Notes under the pieces: model-generated
Databases searched by the model: none
What the model was told of the DNA's origin: nothing
The model's input: only the letters and a program-made list of their open reading frames with translations
Position numbers and translations under genes: made by a program
Assembly (NCBI GenBank): GCA_963788555.1
Contig: CAWBHM010000022.1
Span: 54,993 to 118,992 of the forward strand
Direction: 5' to 3'
DNA from: an uncultured Acidobacteriaceae bacterium
GTDB taxonomy: Bacteria; Acidobacteriota; Terriglobia; Terriglobales; Acidobacteriaceae
Length of the DNA: 64,000 nucleotides
Shown: one piece after another, positions 62,058-64,000 of the stretch
Numbering within the stretch: the first letter of the stretch is position 1
Layout: each line of letters opens with the position of its first letter

Positions 62058-64000
62058 TCACTTCTTGATGTAGTACGCCGCTTCCTCCGGCCGCACTACC
62101 CGTGGAATCCACAACGGCCTCCTTAGCCCATCAGGCCCCGGCGCAGGCCGCGCCAGAGCCTTCCATCTCTGATAGACCGCGAACGACAAATTCGTATCCA
62201 CAAAAATGTCGCCATAGCGGTCATCCGCCCCAGCTTTTTCCACTCGGACCATCTGATGCCAGCAGTGCATCCCGCTGACCGGATCCGGATGCACCGGAAA
62301 CGTTATGTCCTGATGCACTCCCGCGTCGCTCCACCACACACGCTGGCTATCCTGATCAGGGCTCTCATATGGGGAGACGCTCTCCAGTTGTCGCATCTTC
62401 CATTGCCCCTTCCCCACTTCCTTCAGATCGACCCACGCGCTCGACATGCGTTCGACCTGCTCGTCTTTATTGATGCGCCATCGCCCCAGATGATGAGAGC
62501 ATGCGACCACTCCCGGCGTTAGGCCCTCGGTCACCCATGCGTGCAACACGAAGTACCCAATCTCGGTGTGGACCTTCATCAGATCTCCGGTGCGGACTCC
62601 GCCCAGTTTCTTCGCGTCCACCGGATTCACCCACAACGGATTCTTGTGCGAGATCTCGTACAAGAACTTGGCATTGCCCGAGCGCGTATGAATCAGATTC
62701 GGCAAACGAAAAATCGGCAGCAGCGTGTAAACATCCCCGCGCGCATCTTTCGGCCACTCCACCACGGGCATGTATTTCGGATCGAACCCGTCCGCTGCTT
62801 CTCCTACAGAAGCCGCCTGCGCCGATCGGTGAATGTGGCTCCTGTAGTATTCCGGCAGAGCAAACTCCGGCCACTTCCAGTCGGCCATCGTCTTCGAAAA
62901 CAGTTCCAACTTTCGCGACGGGGTGTTGTAGCCCACCACGGCCTGATCTTCGACCATCACGCCGACCGGCTTCCCTTCCTTGGTGACCACCCCATTCTCT
63001 TCGACCTTCGATCCCGCCAGATCTGCGGTCGCCACGGCTTTTTCGTTCTGCTTGTAAACATCTCGCGTAACTTCAAACGCGCCATACTTCCGCATGTACT
63101 GGAGCGGAGTGAGTCCTTCCTTTTTCGCCGTCTCGGGCAGGCCTGGAACCGAATTCTCGAAAATCCAACCGTAGTATTCGTCCACGGTGAGCTTCTGGCC
63201 GGGATGGTAAGGCGATTCGAAATATTGCCGGATCCCCATCGCTCCATCGGGATCAATCGCCCACGACAAGTTGATCCAGAACTCATCTTCTTCCCAGACC
63301 TCGCCGGGATTTGCCTGGTACGTGTACTCAAACTTCTCTCCGGCTCGTTCTCGCAGAACGCGGTTCACCGGCTGTCGGAACCCGATCCACTTCCCGGCGT
63401 ACGATTCCTGACTCATCAAGTCATGACGTTCCGAACTGAACCCCATGGGCAACACATAATCCGCAAACCACGCGGTCTCACTCCAGGTTGGCGTCAACGC
63501 CGCATGCAGACCAACTTTCTCTTCATCGCGCAACATCTCAATCCACGAGAATCCGTCGGGATACGTCCATACCGGATTGAACACGCGCGTGAGGTAAGCC
63601 TCAATGCGCCCGCGTCCCTCCTTCAGAAAGTGCGGAAGTAGAAAAGACATCTCATGCGTACAGAGCGGCCACTCTCGCGGGTAGAGCAACTCATTCCATC
63701 GTTTCTGCGGCGGAGGCACTTTGAATGTCTTCGGCACAAACTTGTTCCAGGCGTTCAGATTGTGTCCGCCCTCGGTGCCGACTGACCCCGTCAATACATG
63801 CAGCAGCATCAACGCCCGCGCCGGTTGCCATCCGCCCAGATTCCCCGACGCGCTCCCGCGCCACAAATGGGAAGCAAAACGGCTGCCCGCGGTCGCGATC
63901 TCGCGCGCAATCTTGACGATCACTTCCGCTTTCACTCCGCTTTCTTTCTCGGCAAACTGCGGCGTGAACTGCGCATAGTGTTTCTTTAAAACTTCAATCA
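62058..64000 (-). CDS. molybdopterin-dependent oxidoreductase catalytic subunit (3' part; gene continues beyond the window)
   Basis: The 625-aa ORF is open to the window edge. It contains Molybdopterin-domain-like FNPVWTYPDG...LTPTWSETAWFADYVLP and C-terminal Molydop_binding-like VNPVDAKKLGGVRTGDLMKVHTEIGYFVLHAWVTEGLTPGVVACSHHLG. Confidence 0.75.
   Translation of the reverse strand, partial: IEVLKKHYAQFTPQFAEKESGVKAEVIVKIAREIATAGSRFASHLWRGSASGNLGGWQPARALMLLHVLTGSVGTEGGHNLNAWNKFVPKTFKVPPPQKRWNELLYPREWPLCTHEMSFLLPHFLKEGRGRIEAYLTRVFNPVWTYPDGFSWIEMLRDEEKVGLHAALTPTWSETAWFADYVLPMGFSSERHDLMSQESYAGKWIGFRQPVNRVLRERAGEKFEYTYQANPGEVWEEDEFWINLSWAIDPDGAMGIRQYFESPYHPGQKLTVDEYYGWIFENSVPGLPETAKKEGLTPLQYMRKYGAFEVTRDVYKQNEKAVATADLAGSKVEENGVVTKEGKPVGVMVEDQAVVGYNTPSRKLELFSKTMADWKWPEFALPEYYRSHIHRSAQAASVGEAADGFDPKYMPVVEWPKDARGDVYTLLPIFRLPNLIHTRSGNAKFLYEISHKNPLWVNPVDAKKLGGVRTGDLMKVHTEIGYFVLHAWVTEGLTPGVVACSHHLGRWRINKDEQVERMSSAWVDLKEVGKGQWKMRQLESVSPYESPDQDSQRVWWSDAGVHQDITFPVHPDPVSGMHCWHQMVRVEKAGADDRYGDIFVDTNLSFAVYQRWKALARPAPGPDGLRRPLWIPRVVRPEEAAYYIKK

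Noticed and set aside
62541-63641. A 366-aa plus-strand ORF.
   Set aside because: It is antisense to the molybdopterin oxidoreductase gene, and its composition is arginine-rich nonsense.

Overview
This 64-kb window is a chromosomal segment that looks Acidobacteriota-like, judged only from the protein families present.

Layout:
1. 0-8.8 kb: an ECF sigma/anti-sigma pair, a carboxypeptidase-regulatory-type TonB-dependent receptor, a CRTAC1/ASPIC FG-GAP protein and a TPR protein.
2. 9-14.1 kb: a small secreted protein, a PagL-like acyloxyacyl hydrolase and a giant FG-GAP repeat protein.
3. 14.2-41.3 kb: a minus-strand exopolysaccharide/O-antigen-type cluster. It holds a priming sugar transferase, GT2/GT4 transferases, rmlC/rmlD, two Gmd-family dehydratases, a sugar C-methyltransferase, an FkbM methyltransferase, Wzx, a Wzy-like protein, a Wzz/GumC-like protein, a PAP2-Wzi fusion and a very long multi-SLBB Wza-like exporter.
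4. 41.8-44.6 kb: a visibly AT-richer two-gene module (a methyltransferase and an unknown secreted protein).
5. tRNA-Arg(CCT) at 44909-44985, interrupted by an integrative element of about 8.1 kb (44947-53111) bounded by a perfect 39-bp direct repeat. The element has three unusually structured non-coding repeat regions.
6. 53.1-62.0 kb: kdpF-A-B-C, kdpE and a kdpD split into two divergently transcribed halves.
7. 62.1-64.0 kb: the 3' part of a molybdopterin oxidoreductase gene.

The most pervasive signal is roughly 40 or more reading-frame breaks. They are clustered in some genes (the EPS cluster, the island maintenance genes, kdpB), while neighbouring genes of 1-3.6 kb are intact. This could be assembly indel error or real gene decay, and the sequence alone cannot decide.

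I recognised no rRNA, CRISPR array, IS transposase or known defence system. No single clearly novel system is demonstrated. The best candidates for follow-up are the tRNA-Arg island with its repeat arrays, the split kdpD and the PAP2-Wzi fusion.
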